Of a DNA stretch of 64,000 bases, positions 10,880 to 24,119 are shown one piece after another. Every line of letters starts with the position of its first letter. Positions within the stretch are counted from its first letter, which is position 1. The position numbers and the translations under genes were made by a program. The notes beneath the pieces were generated by a model. The model had not been told where the DNA came from and searched no databases. It was given only the letters and a program-made list of their open reading frames with translations. Origin of the DNA: Squalus acanthias (Eukaryota); contig JASTWF010000033.1 in assembly GCA_030390025.1 (NCBI GenBank), positions 2,606,001 through 2,670,000 of the forward strand. The letters run 5' to 3'.

Positions 10880-12217
10880 ACAGAATTGAGATGAGGAGGA
10901 ATTTCATCACTCAGAGGGTTGTGAAACCTTCGAATTCTCTGCCCCAGAGGGCTGTGAATGCTGAGTCGTTGAGTATATTCAGGGTTGAGATTGATAGATT
11001 TTTGGACTCTAGGGGAATCAAGGGATATGGAGATCGGGCGGGAAAGTGGAGTTGAGGTCGATGATCAGCCATGATCTTATTGCAGGCTCGAGGGGCTGAA
11101 TGGCCGACTCCTGCTCTTATTTCTTATGTTCTTAATTAGTTTGACTGAGGTCTCGGGTCTGCTCCAGGACGTGCACTGATCTCAGCTGGCCTGTAGAAAG
11201 AACACTACAAGAGGAGACAGCTGTTGTGTGTGCTGGAAATACTGGTGACCACGCACCCTCCAAGTCTCTTTTCCTTAACGGTGAGAGACTGCGGTGGAGC
11301 AAAGAGATTTGGGAGTCCATGTACACCAATCACTAACAGCTAGTGCACAGGATACGGGGATAGGGCGGGAAAGTGGAGTTGAGGTCAATGATCAGCTGTG
11401 ATCTTATTGAATGGCGGAGCGGGCTCGAAGGGGCAGTATGGCCTACTCCTGTTCCGATTTCTTATGTTCTTAAAAAATGACCAAAAGGGCGAATTAAATG
11501 TTAGCTTTTATCTCAAACGGGTTGCAATCCAGAATTGATAAAAGTGATGCTTCAGTTGTACAGACCCCATTAGGAGTACTGAATAATAGAATCATAGAGT
11601 GACACAGCACCGAAGGAGGCCATTCGGCCAATCTTGCCTGTGCCGGCTCTTTGAAAGAGCTCTCCAATCCACTCTCCTGCTCTTTTCCCATAGTCCTGCA
11701 AATGAATCCCCTTCAAGTATTTTAACAATTCACTTACTTTGTTAATTTTTGAGCACCAAACCTGAGAAAAGATATATTGATCTGGGAAGTGCTAAGAACA
11801 TAAGAATTAGGAGCAGGTGAAGGCCCTTCGGCCCCTCGAGCCTGCTCCGCCATTCAATAAGAGCATGGCTGATCATCGACCTCAACTCCACCTTCCCACC
11901 CCATCCCCATATGCCTCTATTCCCCCGGAGTCCAAAAATCTATCAATCTCTGTCTTGAATATACTCAACAACTGAGCCTCCACAGCCCTCTGGGGTTGAG
12001 AATTCTAAAGATTCAACACCCTGAGTGAAGAAATTTCTCTTCATCTCAGTCCTAAATGGTCGACCCCTTATTCTGAGACTGTGACCGCTGGTTCTAGACT
12101 CCCCAGCCGCAAACCCATTGGATACAGGGAATCAAGGGATATGGGGATAGTTTGGGAAGGTGGAGATGGGGTAGAAGATCAGCCATGATCTTATTGAATG
12201 GTGGAGCAGGCTCGAGG
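10880..12217. mobile_element. Cluster of short CR1 3' fragments in both orientations
   Basis: Repeated CR1 3'UTR motif gatcagccatgatcttattgaatggcggagcaggctcga...cctactcctg and (cttatgtt)n tails at ~10880-11132(+), 11276-11470(+), 11590-11730(-), 11795-12110(-), 12120-12217(+). Confidence 0.75.
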
Positions 12218-12575
12218 AAAGAAAGAAAAGACTTGCATTTATATAGCGCCTTTCATGTCCACCGGACATCTCAAAGCGCTTTACAGCCAATGAAGTACAT
12301 TTGAAGTGGAGTCACTGTTGAAATATAGGAAACGCGGCAGCCAAATTGCGCACAGCAAGATCCCACAAACGTGATAATGACCAGATAATCTGTTTTGTTA
12401 TGTTGGTTGAGGGATAAATATTGGCCGCAGGACACCGGGGAAAACTCCCCTGCTCTTCTTTGCAATAGTGCCGTGGCATCTTTTACATCCACCTGAGAGA
12501 GCAGACGGGGCCTCGCTTTAATGGCTCATCCGAAAGACGGCAGCACTGACAGCGCAGCACTCCCTCAGTACTGCC
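12218..12575 (-). mobile_element. Deu-domain SINE (SacSINE1/AmnSINE-like) with L2-type tail, 5' part missing
   Basis: gacttgcatttatatagcgcctttca tail; atagtgccgtggcatcttttacatccacctgagagagcagacggggcctcg...tcatccgaaagacggca resembles the Deu domain as recalled. Confidence 0.7.
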
Positions 12576-15500
12576 CCTCTGACAGTGCAGCACTCCCTCA
12601 GTACGAGCCCTCTGATAGTGCAGCACTCCCTCAGTACCGCCCCTCCGACATTGCGGCGCTCCCACAGTACTGCCCCACGACAGCGCAGCACTCCCTCAGT
12701 ACTGCCCCACGACAGCGCAGCACTCCCTCAGTACTGCCCCTCCGATAGTGCAGCGCTCCCTCAGTACTGCCCCTCCGACACTGCAGCGCTCCCTCTGTAA
12801 TCTCCCTCCGACAGTGCAGCACTACCTCAGTACTGGCGCTCCCACAGTGCAGCACTCCCTCAGCATTGCAAATCCGACAGTGAAGCACTCCCTCACTACT
12901 GCCCCTCCGACAGTGCGGCGCACCCTCAGTACTGGCTTTCCGACAGTGCGGCGCTCCCTCAGTACTGCCACTCTGACAGTGCAGCAATCCCTCAGAACTG
13001 CCCCTCTGAAAGTGCAGCGCTGCCTCAGTACTTCCCCTCCGACACTGCAGCACTCCCTCAGTACTGCCACTCCGACAGTGCAGCACGCCCTCAGTACTGC
13101 CCCTCCGATAGTGCAGCGCTCCCTCAGTACTGCCCCTCCGACACTGCAGCACTCCCTCAGTACTGCCCCTCCGACAGTGCAGCACTTCCTCAGTACTGCC
13201 CCTCCGAGAGTGCAGCACTCCCTCAGCATTGCAAATCCGACAAGGCAGCACTCCCTCACTACTGCTCCTCCGACAGTGCGGCGCTCCCTCAGTACTGGCC
13301 CTCCGACAGTGCGGCGCTCCCTCAGTACTGCCCCTCTGACAGTGCAGCACTCCCTCAGTACTGCCACTACGACAGTGCAGCACTACCTCAGTACTGCCCC
13401 TCCCCCAGTGCAGCACTCCCTCAGCATTGCAAATCCGACAAGGCAGCACTCCCTCACTACTGCTCCTCCGACAGTGTGGCGCTCCCTCAGTACTGGCCCT
13501 CCGACAGTGCGGCGCTCCCTCAGTACTGCCACTCTGACAGTGCAGCACCACCTCAGACCTGCCCCACCGACAGTGCAGCGCTGCCTCAGTACTGCCCCTC
13601 CGACACTGCAGCACTCCCTCAGTACTGCCACTCCGACAGTGCAGCACGCCCTCAGTACTGCCCCTCCGATAGTGCAGCGCTCCCTCAGTACTGCCCCTCC
13701 GACACTGCAGCACTCCCTCAGTACTGCCCCTCCGACAGTGCAGCACTTCCTCAGTACTGCCCCTCCGACAGTGCAGCACCACCTCAGACCTGCCCCACCG
13801 ACAGTGCAGCGCTGCCTCAGTACTGTCCCTCCGACACTGCAGCACTCCCTCAGTACTGCCACTCCGACAGTGCAGCACGCCCTCAGTACTGCCCCTCCGA
13901 TAGTGCAGCGCTCCCTCAGTACTGCCCCTCCGACACTGCAGCACTCCCTCAGTACTGCCCCTCCGACAGTGCAGCACTTCCTCAGTACTGCCCCTCCGAC
14001 AGTGCAGCACTCCCTCAGCATTGCAAATCCGATAAGGCAGCACTCCCTCACTACTGCTCCTCCGACAGTGCGGCGCTCCCTCAGTACTTGTCCTCCGACA
14101 GTGCGGCGCTCCCTCAGTACTGCCTCTCCGACAGTGCGGCGCTCCCTCAGTACTGGCCCTCCGAGAGTGCAGCGCTGCCTCAGTACTGCCCCTCCGACAG
14201 TACAGCACTCCCTCAGTGCTGCCCCTCGGACAGTGCAGCATCCTTCAGTGCTGCCCCTCCGAAAGTGCAGCACTCCCTCAGTACTGCCCCTCCGACAGTG
14301 CAGCGCTCTCTCAGTACTGCCCCTCCGACAGTGCAGCGCTCCCTCAGTACTGCCCCTCTGACAGTGGGGCACTCCCTCATTACTGCCCCTCCGACAGTGG
14401 GGCACTCCCTCAGTACTGTCCCTCTGACAGCGCAGCTCTCCCTCAGCACTGCCCCTCCGATAGTGCAGCGCTCCCTCAGTACTGGCCCTCCGACACTGCA
14501 GAACTCCCTCAGTACTGCCCCTCCGACAGTGCAGCACTTCCTCAGTACTGCCCTTCCGACAGTGCAGCACTCCCTCAGCATTGCAAATCCGACAGTGCAG
14601 CACTCCCTCACTACTGGCCCTCCGACAGTGCGGCGCTCCCTCAGTACTGCCACTCTGACAGTGCAGCACTCCCTCAGTACTGCCCCTCCGACAGTGCAGC
14701 GCTGCCTCAGTACTACCCCATCCGACAGTGCAGCGCTCCCTCAGTACTGCCCCTCCGACTGTGCGACGGTCCCTCAGTACTGCCCCTCGACAGTGCGGCG
14801 CTCCCTCAGTACTGCCCCTCCGACAGTGCAGCACTGCCGCACTCCCTCAGTACTGCACCTCCGACAGTACAGCACTCCCTCATTACTGCCCCTCCGACAG
14901 TGCAGCACTCCCTCAGTACTACCCATCCGACAGTGCAGCACTCCCTCAGTACTGCCCCTCCGACAGTGCGACGCTCGCTCAGTACTGCCCCTCGACAGTG
15001 CGGCGCTCCCTCAGTACTGCCCCTCCGACAGTACAGCACTCCTTCAGTGCTGCCCCTCCGACAGTGCAGCACTCCCTCAGTACTACCCATCCGACAGTGC
15101 AGCACTCCCTCAGTACTGCCCCTCGACAATGCGGCGCTCCCTCAGTAATGCCCCTCCGACAGTACAGCACTGCAGCACTATCTCAGTACTGCCCCTCCGA
15201 CAGTACAGCACTCCCTCAGTACTGCCCCTCGGACAGTGATGCATCCTTCAGTGCTGCCCCTCCGAAAGTGCAGCACTCCCTCAGTACTGCCCCTCCGACA
15301 GTGCAGCGCTCTCTCAGTACTGCCCCACCGACAGTGGTACACTCCCTCAGTACTGCCCCTCCGACAGTGCAGCACTCCCTCAGTATTGCCCATCCGACAG
15401 TGCGGCGCTCCCTCAGTACTGTCCCACTGACAGTGGGGCACTCCCTCAGTACTGCCCCTCCGACAGTGCAGCACTCCCTCAGTACTGCCCCTCCGACAGT

Positions 15501-16079
15501 ACAGCGCTCCCTCAGTACAGCCCCTCCGACAGTGCATCGCTCTCTCAGTACAGCCCCTCCGACAGTGCAGCGCTCCCTCAGGACAGCCCCTCCGACAGTG
15601 CCGCGCTCCCTCAATACTTCCCCTCGGACAGTGCAGCGCTCCCTCAGCACTGCCCCTCCGACATTGCAGCGCTCCCTCTGTACAGTCCCTCGGACAGTGC
15701 AGCGCTCCCTCATCACTGCCCTTCCGTCAGTGCAGCGCTCCTGCATTACTTCCCCTCCGACAGTGCAGCGCTCCCTCAGTACAGCCCCCCCGACAGTGCA
15801 GCGCTCCCTCTGTACAGCCCCTATGACAGTGCAGCGCTCCCTCAGTACAGCCCCCCCGACAGTGCAGCGCTCCCTCAGTACAGCCCCTACGATAGTGCAG
15901 TGCTCGCTCAGTACAGCCCCTCCGACAGTGCAGCGCTCCCTCAGTACTGCCCCTCCGACAGTGCAGCGCTCCCTCAATACAGCCCCTCCGGCAGTGCAAC
16001 GCTCCCTCAGTACAGCCCCCCCGACAGTGCAGCGCTCCCTCAGTACAGCCCTTCCGACAGTGCAGCACTGACAGTGCAG
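12546..16079. repeat. 33-bp tandem satellite (~107 units), consensus CCCCTCCGACAGTGCAGCACTCCCTCAGTACTG
   Basis: Direct reading; 11-aa periodicity in overlapping ORFs (STAPPTVQHSL / CPSDSAALPQY / RRGSTEGVLHC). Confidence 0.97.
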
Positions 16080-16344
16080 GGCCAAGCGGCCTACTCCTGT
16101 TCCTATTTCTTATGTTCATATGAAACAGTTAAGTATGTTACTTTCTGTTGACACTCCTTTTCCCATTTAGGCCTTATTTTACAGGTAATTGTGCAATGGC
16201 CTGATGGTCAGGACCGTAAGTTACGGAAAATGCCTCAGCCCAGATGAAGCAAGACACTGAGGTAGATTTGCGTTTCCCTTCTGCCTCGTACATTTTGGCA
16301 AATGGCAGTAGGCAGACGGAAATTATTTTTTCTTTAATATTTGA

Positions 16345-16520
16345 TATTGCTGGGTCAAAATCCTGGAACACCCTCCCTAACAGCACTGTGAGAGTACCTT
16401 CACCACACGGACTGCAGCGGTTCAAGAAGGCGGCTCCCCACCACCTTCTCCAGGGCAACTAGGTATGGGCAATAAATGCTGGCCTTGTCACCGACACCCA
16501 CATCAAGTGAAATACAAAAA
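16345..16520 (+). mobile_element. LINE family 2 3' tail
   Basis: AGSKSWNTLPNSTVRVPSPHGLQRFKKAA plus the gggcaataaatgctggcc tail. Confidence 0.7.
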
Positions 16521-16637
16521 AAACATCCTCCACAAGTTTATTTGCTTCAATATAAGATCATATTGATATTATTTATAATCACATTGGTTATATTTAATAT
16601 TGATGCTTCATGTCTTCCTCTCTCTGATGTGCGTTAT

Positions 16638-18325
16638 GATAGAATCATAGAATGGTAAAGCACAGAAGGAGGCAATTTGGCCCATCGTGACTGTGCTGGC
16701 TCTTTGAAAGAGCTATCCAATTAGATCCACTCCCCTGGTCTTTAAAGTTCTCAAGTCTGGCTTGTTTCCCTTTCAACTGCTCAGCTCAGTTGAGCGGGAG
16801 TGGGCCGAGCTGAAGTGCTCTAGCCGAGAGCCGGCACGGACTCGGCGGGCCGAATGGCCTCCTCCTGTGCTGTAGCCATTCTATGATTCTTTCCCCATAG
16901 CCCTGCAAGAATTTCTCCAATTCCCTTTTGAAAGCTACTATTGAATCTGCTACCTCCGCCCTTTCAGGTCGCGCGTTCCTGATCACAACAACTCGCTGTG
17001 TAACAGAATTTCTCATCTTCTCCCCCTCTGGTTCCTTTGCCAATTATCTCAAATCTGTGGTCCTCTGGTTAAGAACATAAGAACATAAGAAATAGGAGCA
17101 GGAGTTGGCCAATCGGCCCTTTGAGCCTGCTCCACCATTCAATAAGATCATGGCTGATCGAATCTTGGCCTCAACACCTCTTTCCCGCTCTCTCCCAATA
17201 ATCCTTGACTCCCTTGTAGTTAAAATGTCTATCAATCTCCGCCTTGAATATAATCAATGACTCCGCCTCCACAGCTCTCTGGAGTAGAGAATTCCAAAGA
17301 TTCACGACCCTCTGACAGAAGAAATTCCTCCTCAGCTACGTCTTAAATGGGCGACCCCTTATTCTGAAACTATGCCCCCTAGTTCTAGATACCCCCACTA
17401 GCAGAAACATCCTCTCAGCATCTACCCTGTCAATCCCCCTCAGAATCTTACATGTTTCAATAAGATCACCTCTCATTCTTCTAAACTCCAATGAGTATAG
17501 GCCCAACCTGATCAACCTTTCATCATACGTTAACACCTTCATCCCAGGAATCAACCCAGTGAACCTTCTCTGCACTGCCTCCAATGCAAGTATATCCTTC
17601 CTTAAATATGGAGACCAAAACTGTACGCAGTACTCCAGGTGCGGTCTCACCAGCGCCCTGTAATGTTGCATCAAAACTTCCCTACTTTTATACTCCATAC
17701 CCCTTGCAATAAAGGCCAACGTTCCATTAGCCTTCCTAATTACTTGCAAACTTATTGTGTTTCATGTACTAGGACCCCCAGATCCCTTTGTACCGCAGCA
17801 TTTTGTAGTCTCACACCATTTAAAAAAATAATTTTCTTTTTCATTCTTCCTTCCAAATTGGATATCCTCACACTTTCCCACGTTATAATCCATCGACCAA
17901 ATTTTTGCCCACGCACTTAACCTATCTATATCCCTTTGCAGACTTGTGTCCTCCTCACAACTTGCTAACCCACCTATCTTTGTATCATCAGCAAATTTGG
18001 CTACAATACACACGGTCCTTTCATCCAAGTCATTAACATAGATTGTAAGTAGTTGAGGCCCCAGCACTGATCCCTGTGGCACCCCACTAGTTACTGATTG
18101 CCAACCTGAAAATGACCCATTTATCCCGACTCTCTGTTACCGGCCCTCCTGCCAGTGGAAATGGTTTCTCCCAATTGGCTCCAATAAATACCCTTCATGC
18201 GTTTGAACACCTCTATCAAATCTTCCCTTAACCTTCTCTGCTCTAAGGAGAACAACCCCAGTTCCTCGACAGTCTCTCCACATAACTGAAGTCCCGCATC
18301 CCTGGTACCATTCTGGTCAATCTCC
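16638..18325 (-). mobile_element. Nested CR1 LINE fragments (main copy 17071-18140)
   Basis: RT motifs PQGSVLGP, FADD and RPHLEYCVQFWSPY in ORFs 17336-17749 and 17762-18082; tails at 16638 and 17071. Confidence 0.85.
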
Positions 18326-18384
18326 TCACTTGGCTGCGTCACGTTCAGATAATCGATTAACTTCTGCTCTTTGATATCTAGACC

Positions 18385-18988
18385 ATGGCGACGCATCACT
18401 CTGACTCATTGCCTCAGCCAGTGAAGGAAACACAAGAAGCTGAGCCTTCGACCCACCATCGTCAGTTAGATGCTAAGGATCTGCAGGCGATTATGTCTTT
18501 CACCAACTTTGACATAGCTAAATTGGTGGAGCAGATTGAAATCGACGACCATGTGATTTGCCGGCAAAGGAAGAGAGGCTTCAACCATCAGATGAGAAGT
18601 GAACTGAAGAGACTCAAGACCTTTGAGAGCTTCGATTCCTTTGCCACCTGGAATCCCGAGGAGATGGCGAGCGTGGGCTTTTATTACACGGGGTTGAAGA
18701 TGAGTGTGCAATGCTTCTGCTGTGGGGGAGTTTTCTGCAGTACCGGCATCACAAAATCGCCCGGGTCAGAGCATCAGACGTTTGAGCCGGACTGTGGCTT
18801 TGTGAAAACGTTGGATGTTGGAAACATTCCAAAGTATGCTGTGCGGGTCCAGGTACCTGAGGGTGTTCCGCTCAACCGAGCGGAACAGTTAAAAGGGCAA
18901 CAAGTCAGACTTGAGACCTTCAAAGGCTGGCCTTTCTACGTGAAGATGGAGCCTGATCTACTGGCAAAAGCAGGATTTTTCTTTACAG
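18385..18988 (+). CDS. NAIP: NAIP (BIRC1)-like gene, first coding exon: N-terminus, BIR1 and first half of BIR2
   Basis: GFNHQMRSELKRLKTF, VQCFCC-x16-H-x6-C, DVGNIPKYAVRV, RLETFKGWPFYV and AGFFFTG parallel human NAIP as recalled (GYNSQMRSEAKRLKTF, IQCFCC, DVGNIAKYDIRV, RLASFRNWPFYV, AGFVFTG). Acceptor ctag at 18378-18381, Kozak accATGG, donor AG|GTATTG at 18989 (phase 1). Confidence 0.88.
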
Positions 18989-19039
18989 GTATTGACAATC
19001 AGCAAATAACACATTGGGAGACAGTATATGAGTAATCGG

Positions 19040-20140
19040 AGACATGATGTGTGGTGAGTGCAGCGTGCGTAGTGGCAGGAGGCAGAGGGTGATGGTCGAA
19101 GCTTGTTTCTGTGACTGGAAGCCTGTGTCCAGTGGTGTACCGCAGGCATCGGTACTGGGTCCTTTGCTGTTTGTAGTGTACATTAATGATTAGATATGAA
19201 TGTAGGAGGTATGATCAGTAAGTTCGCAGATGACACGAAAATTGGTGGAGTGGTAAATAGCGAGGCGGGAAGCCTCAGGCTACAGGACTATATAGACGGG
19301 TTGGTCAGATGGGCAGAACAGTGGCAAATGGAATTTAACCCTGTAAAATGTGAGGTGATGCATTTTGGGAGGACTAACAAGGCAAGGGAATACACAATGG
19401 ATGGTAGGACCCTAGGAAGGACAGAGGATCAGAGGGACCTTGGTGTGCATGTACATATATCCCTGAAGGCAGCAGGACAGGTAGATAAGGTGGTTAAAAA
19501 TGCATATGGGATACTTGCCTTCATTAGCAGAGGCATAGAATATAAAAGCAGGGAGGTTATGATGGAGCTGTACAAAACGCTAGTTAGGCCACAGCTGGAA
19601 TACTGTGTGCAGTTCTGGTCGCCACACTATAGGAAGGATGTGATTGCATTGAAGAGGGTGCAGAGGAGATTCACCAGGATGTTACCTGGGCTGGAGCGCT
19701 TCAGCTATGAAGAGAGATTGAGAGGCTGGGGTTGTTTTCATTAGAGCAGAGAAGGCTGAGGTGGGACCTGATTGAGGTGTAAAAAATTATGAGGGGCATA
19801 GTTAGGGTAGATAGAAAGGAGCTTTTCCCCTTAGTAGAGGGGTCAGTAACCAGGGGGCATAGTTTCAAGGTAAGGAGCAGGAGGTTTAAAGGGGATTTGA
19901 GGAAAAGCTTTTTCACCCAGAGGGTGGTTGGAATCTGGAACTCACTGCCTGAAAGGGTGGTAGAGGCAGGAACCATCACAACATTCAAGAAGCATTAAAT
20001 GAGCACTTGAAACTCCATAGCATACAAGGCTACGGACCAAGTGCTGGAAAATGGGATTAGAATAGATAGGGCATGATGGCCGGCGCGGACACGATGGGCC
20101 GAAGGGCCTCTTTCTGTGCTGTATAACTCTTTGACTCTAT
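19040..20140 (+). mobile_element. CR1 LINE 3' portion (intronic to NAIP)
   Basis: ORFs 19196-19744 and 19789-19998 (FADD, RPQLEYCVQFWSPH); nearly the same subfamily as 27600-29165. Confidence 0.9.
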
Positions 20141-20459
20141 GTTCGGGAGGAGCATTTTACTTTGGACCTCTGGTTCCCAAAGATCTCGAACCACTGGGGG
20201 TTTTCCTCGCCTCATGTCTGAGTCTGTTGTAGACTCATTGATGGAGATTGATTGCCACGATTGGTCAACAATTCCACTGACGTTGTATCTTGCGACTACC
20301 AGGATGGTAGAAGGCGGACTAGATGGACTAGATCTTTTTTAGTCTAGAATTTCCTATGTTCCTATGTTTCTATGAAGAATAGACACTCTACCAGTTAATT
20401 CCCCTTTGCCACTCCAACATACCCAAACCTCTCCTTGTTTCCAACTTCATGAATGCATA

Positions 20460-22700
20460 GGATTACATAGAATGTACAGCACAGAAACAGGCCATTCAGC
20501 CCAACCAGCCCATGTCTGCGTTTACACTCCACTCGAGCCTGCTCCCATCCTTCCTCATCTAACTCTACCAGCACCTCTATTCCCTTCTCCTTCCTGTGCT
20601 TATCTAGCTTCCCCTTAAATGCATCTATAGTATTTGCCTCAACCACTCACTGTGGTACCGAGTTCCACATTCTCACCACTCTCTGAGTAAATAAGTTCTT
20701 CTGAATTACCTACTGGATTTCTTGGTGACTATCTTATATTGATGGCCTCTAGTTTTGCTCTTCCCCACATGTGGAAACATAGAAGAAAATAGGAGCAGGA
20801 GTAGGTCATTCAGCCCCTCGAGCCTGCTCCGCCGTTCAATGCGATAATGGCTGAACATCCATTTTAGTTACCCTGTTCCGGCTTTCTCCCCATATCCCTG
20901 ATCCCCTTAGCCTTAAGAAATATATCTAACTCCTTATTGAATATATTTAATGAATAGGAATCAACTGTCTTCTGTGGTAGAGAATTCCACAGGTTCACCA
21001 GTCTCTGGGTGAAGAAATTCCTCCTCATCTCAGTCTTAAATGGCTTACCCCTTATCTTTAGATTGTGGCCCGCTGGATCTGGACTCCTCCGCCATCGGGA
21101 ACATCCTTCCTGCATCTAGTCTGTCTAGTCCTTTTTAGAATTTTATACGTTTCAATGAGATCCCCTCTCATTCTTCTAATCTCTAGTGAATACAAGCCCA
21201 ATCGACCCAATCTCTCTTCATACATCATTCCTGCCATCCCAGGTATCAGTCTGGTGAATCTTCGCTGACTCCCTCCATGGCAAGAACATCCTTCCTCAGA
21301 TAAGGCGACCAAAACTGCACACAATACTCAAGGTGTGGTCTCACCAAGGCACTGTACAACTGCAGCAAGACATCCTTGCTCCTGTACTTGTATCCTCCCG
21401 CTATGAAGGCCAACGTACCATTTGCCTTCTTAACCGCCTGCTGCACCTGCATGCTTACCTTCAGCGACTGGTGCACAAGGACACCCAGGTCTAGTTGCAC
21501 TTCCCCTTTTCCCAATCTATTGCCGTTCAAATACTAATCTTCCTTCCTGTTTTTGCCCCCAAAGTGGATAACCTCGCATTTATCCACACATCTGCCATGC
21601 ATCTGCCCAATCACCCAACCTGTCCAATTCATACTGGAGTTTCTCTGCATGCTCCTCACAGCACACACACACACCCAGCTTTGTGTCGCCTGCAAACTTA
21701 GAGATATTACATCTAGTTCCCTCATCTAGATCATGAATATATATTGTGAATAGCTGGGGTCCTAGCACCGATCCCTGCGGTACCCCACTAGTCACTGCCT
21801 GCCACTTGGAAAAAGACCCGTTTATTCCAACTCTTTGCTTCCTGTCTGCCCAACAGTTTTCTAGCCAAGTCAGTACCTTACCCCCATACCCATGTGCTTT
21901 GATTTTGCACGCTAATCTCTTATGCGGGACCTTATCGAAAGCCTTCTGAAACTCCAAACACACCACATCCACTGGTTCTCCCTTATCTATTCTACTTGTT
22001 ACATCCTCAAAAAATTCCATTAGATTAGTCAAGCCTGATTTACCTTTTGTCAATCCATGTTGACTTTGTCCGATCCTGTCACTGTTTTTCAAGTGCTCTG
22101 CTATTACATCTTTTATAATGGAATCTTGCATTTCGCCCGATGTCAGGCTTACCGGTCTATAATTCCCCGTTTTCTCTCTATCACCTTTTTTAAATAGTGG
22201 GTTTACATTAGCTAACCTCCAATCCATGGGAACTGTTCCAGAGTCTATATGTTTTGGAAGATGACCATCAATGCATCTACTATTTCTAGGGCCACTTTCT
22301 TAATTACCCTAGGAAGTAGATTATCAGGCCCTGGGGATTTATCGGCCTTCAATCCTGTCAATTTCCCTAACGCCATTTCCCTACAAATATTGATTTCATT
22401 CAGTTCCTCCCTCTCATTAGACCCTATGTTCCCCGAAATCTCTGGGAGGTTATATGTGTCCTCCTTTGTGAAGACAGAACCAAAGTATGTATTTAAACAC
22501 ACTCTCTGTATCCAATCTATCAAAACCATTCATCATTTTAAAGACGTCTATTAGGTCACCCCTCAGCCTTCTCCTTCCAAGAGAAAAGGGACCCAGGCTG
22601 TTCATACTTTCCTGATAGGTATACTCTCGCAGTCCTGGTTTCATCCTTGTAAATCTTCTTTGCACCGCCGTTAGTGCCTCTACATCGTTTTTATACTAGA
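20460..22700 (-). mobile_element. CR1 copy (~20777-22495) nested in an older CR1 3' fragment
   Basis: RT ORFs 21580-22227, 21246-21530, 21058-21324; host fragments at 20460-20780 and 22496-22700. Confidence 0.85.
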
Positions 22701-24119
22701 ATTGCTGACATGCTCAAACTCTACTGCGCCCTTTGCTCTATTGTCCCCATTGGACAAGATTTCTGACAATGATTTATGTTATTGATGATGACTTGACTTG
22801 ACTATTCCAACGCACTGCTGGCCGGCCACCCTACTTCCGCCCTGAATAAACGTGAATTCATCCAAAATTCTGCCACGGAGTGCAGATCGGAACAGAGTGT
22901 TAAATTGCGAGTTTGGTGAGTGAGGGAGTTCGGGGAGGGAGGTGTTCCTTTATTTTTCCGTCTTTTTCTGCTTCCAGGAGAGCAGGAGCTAAAAAGCTGC
23001 ACAAGAGGGGACATGGAACCAGCGTTGAGTATTTCTACAGTCTTTCTGCATTCTAGTCGTTAAAGTAAAAGTAAGGGCTCTCGTTTAGAGTAAGTAGCGT
23101 TTAAAGGGAAGTAAGGCCCCTCGTGTATTTAATATTCTTAAATTTAAAGAGAGTAAATTAAGGGTAGGACATGGCAGGTCAGCTCGGCAGCGTGGAGTGC
23201 TCCTCCTGTGCTATGTTGGAAGTCAGGGGCACTTTAGTTGTCCAGGGCGAACACATGTACAGGTAAGTGTCACCAGCTGCAGCTACTCCAAATCCGCGTT
23301 TCAGAGCTGGAGCTGTGGCTGGATTCACTGTGGAGCATCCGCAAAGCTGAGATCTACGTGGATAGCACGTTTAACGATGTGGTCCCAACGCAGGTAAAGA
23401 GTGCACAGGCAGACAGGGAAAGGATGACCGCCAGACTGAATAAAAGAAGCAGGAAGGTAGCGCAGAAGTCCCCTCAGTCCATCTCCATCTCTGACAGATT
23501 TTCCGTTTTGGATACTGATGGGGGAGATGGTTTCTCAGGGGAATGCAGCAAGAGCCAAATCCGTGGCACTACGAGTGGCTCAGCTGCACAGGAGATGAGG
23601 AAAAAGAATGGGAGAGCAATAGTAATAGGGTGTTCTATCGTAAGGCGAACAGATAGACGTTTCTGTGGCCGCAGCCGTGACTCCAGGATGGAGTGTTGCC
23701 TCCCTGGTGCCAGGGTCAAGGATGTCACTGAACGGCTGCAGGGCATTCTGAAGGAGGAGGGCGAACAGTCAGAGGTCGTGGTTCACATTGGTACCAACGA
23801 CATGGGTAGAAAGACGGATGAGATCCTGCAACAAGAATTTAGGAGCTAGGTAGCTGATTAAAAAGCAGGACCTCAAAGTTTGTAACCTCTGGATTACTCC
23901 CGGTGCCACGTGCTAGTGAGTATAGGAATAGGAGGATAGAGCTGATGAATGCGTGGCTAAATAGTTGGTGCAGGAGGGAGGGCTTTAGTTTCCTGGATCA
24001 CTGGGTCTGCTTCTGGTGAAGGTGGGATCTGTACAAGTCGGACGGGTTGCACTTGAACTGGAACGGGACCAAATTCCTTGCGGGGAGATTTGCTCGTACT
24101 GTTGGGGAGGCGGGGGGTT

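Noticed and set aside
12546..16079. CRISPR-like regular spacing
   Set aside because: Head-to-tail monomers with no unique spacers, no cas genes, vertebrate context.
12521..16151. Very long ORFs (up to 587 aa) on both strands
   Set aside because: Artefacts of a 33-bp stop-poor tandem repeat that is open in several frames on both strands at once.
18989..19035. ORF tail IDNQQITHWETVYE as the true C-terminus
   Set aside because: Read-through past a splice donor; BIR2 continues in phase at 30088.
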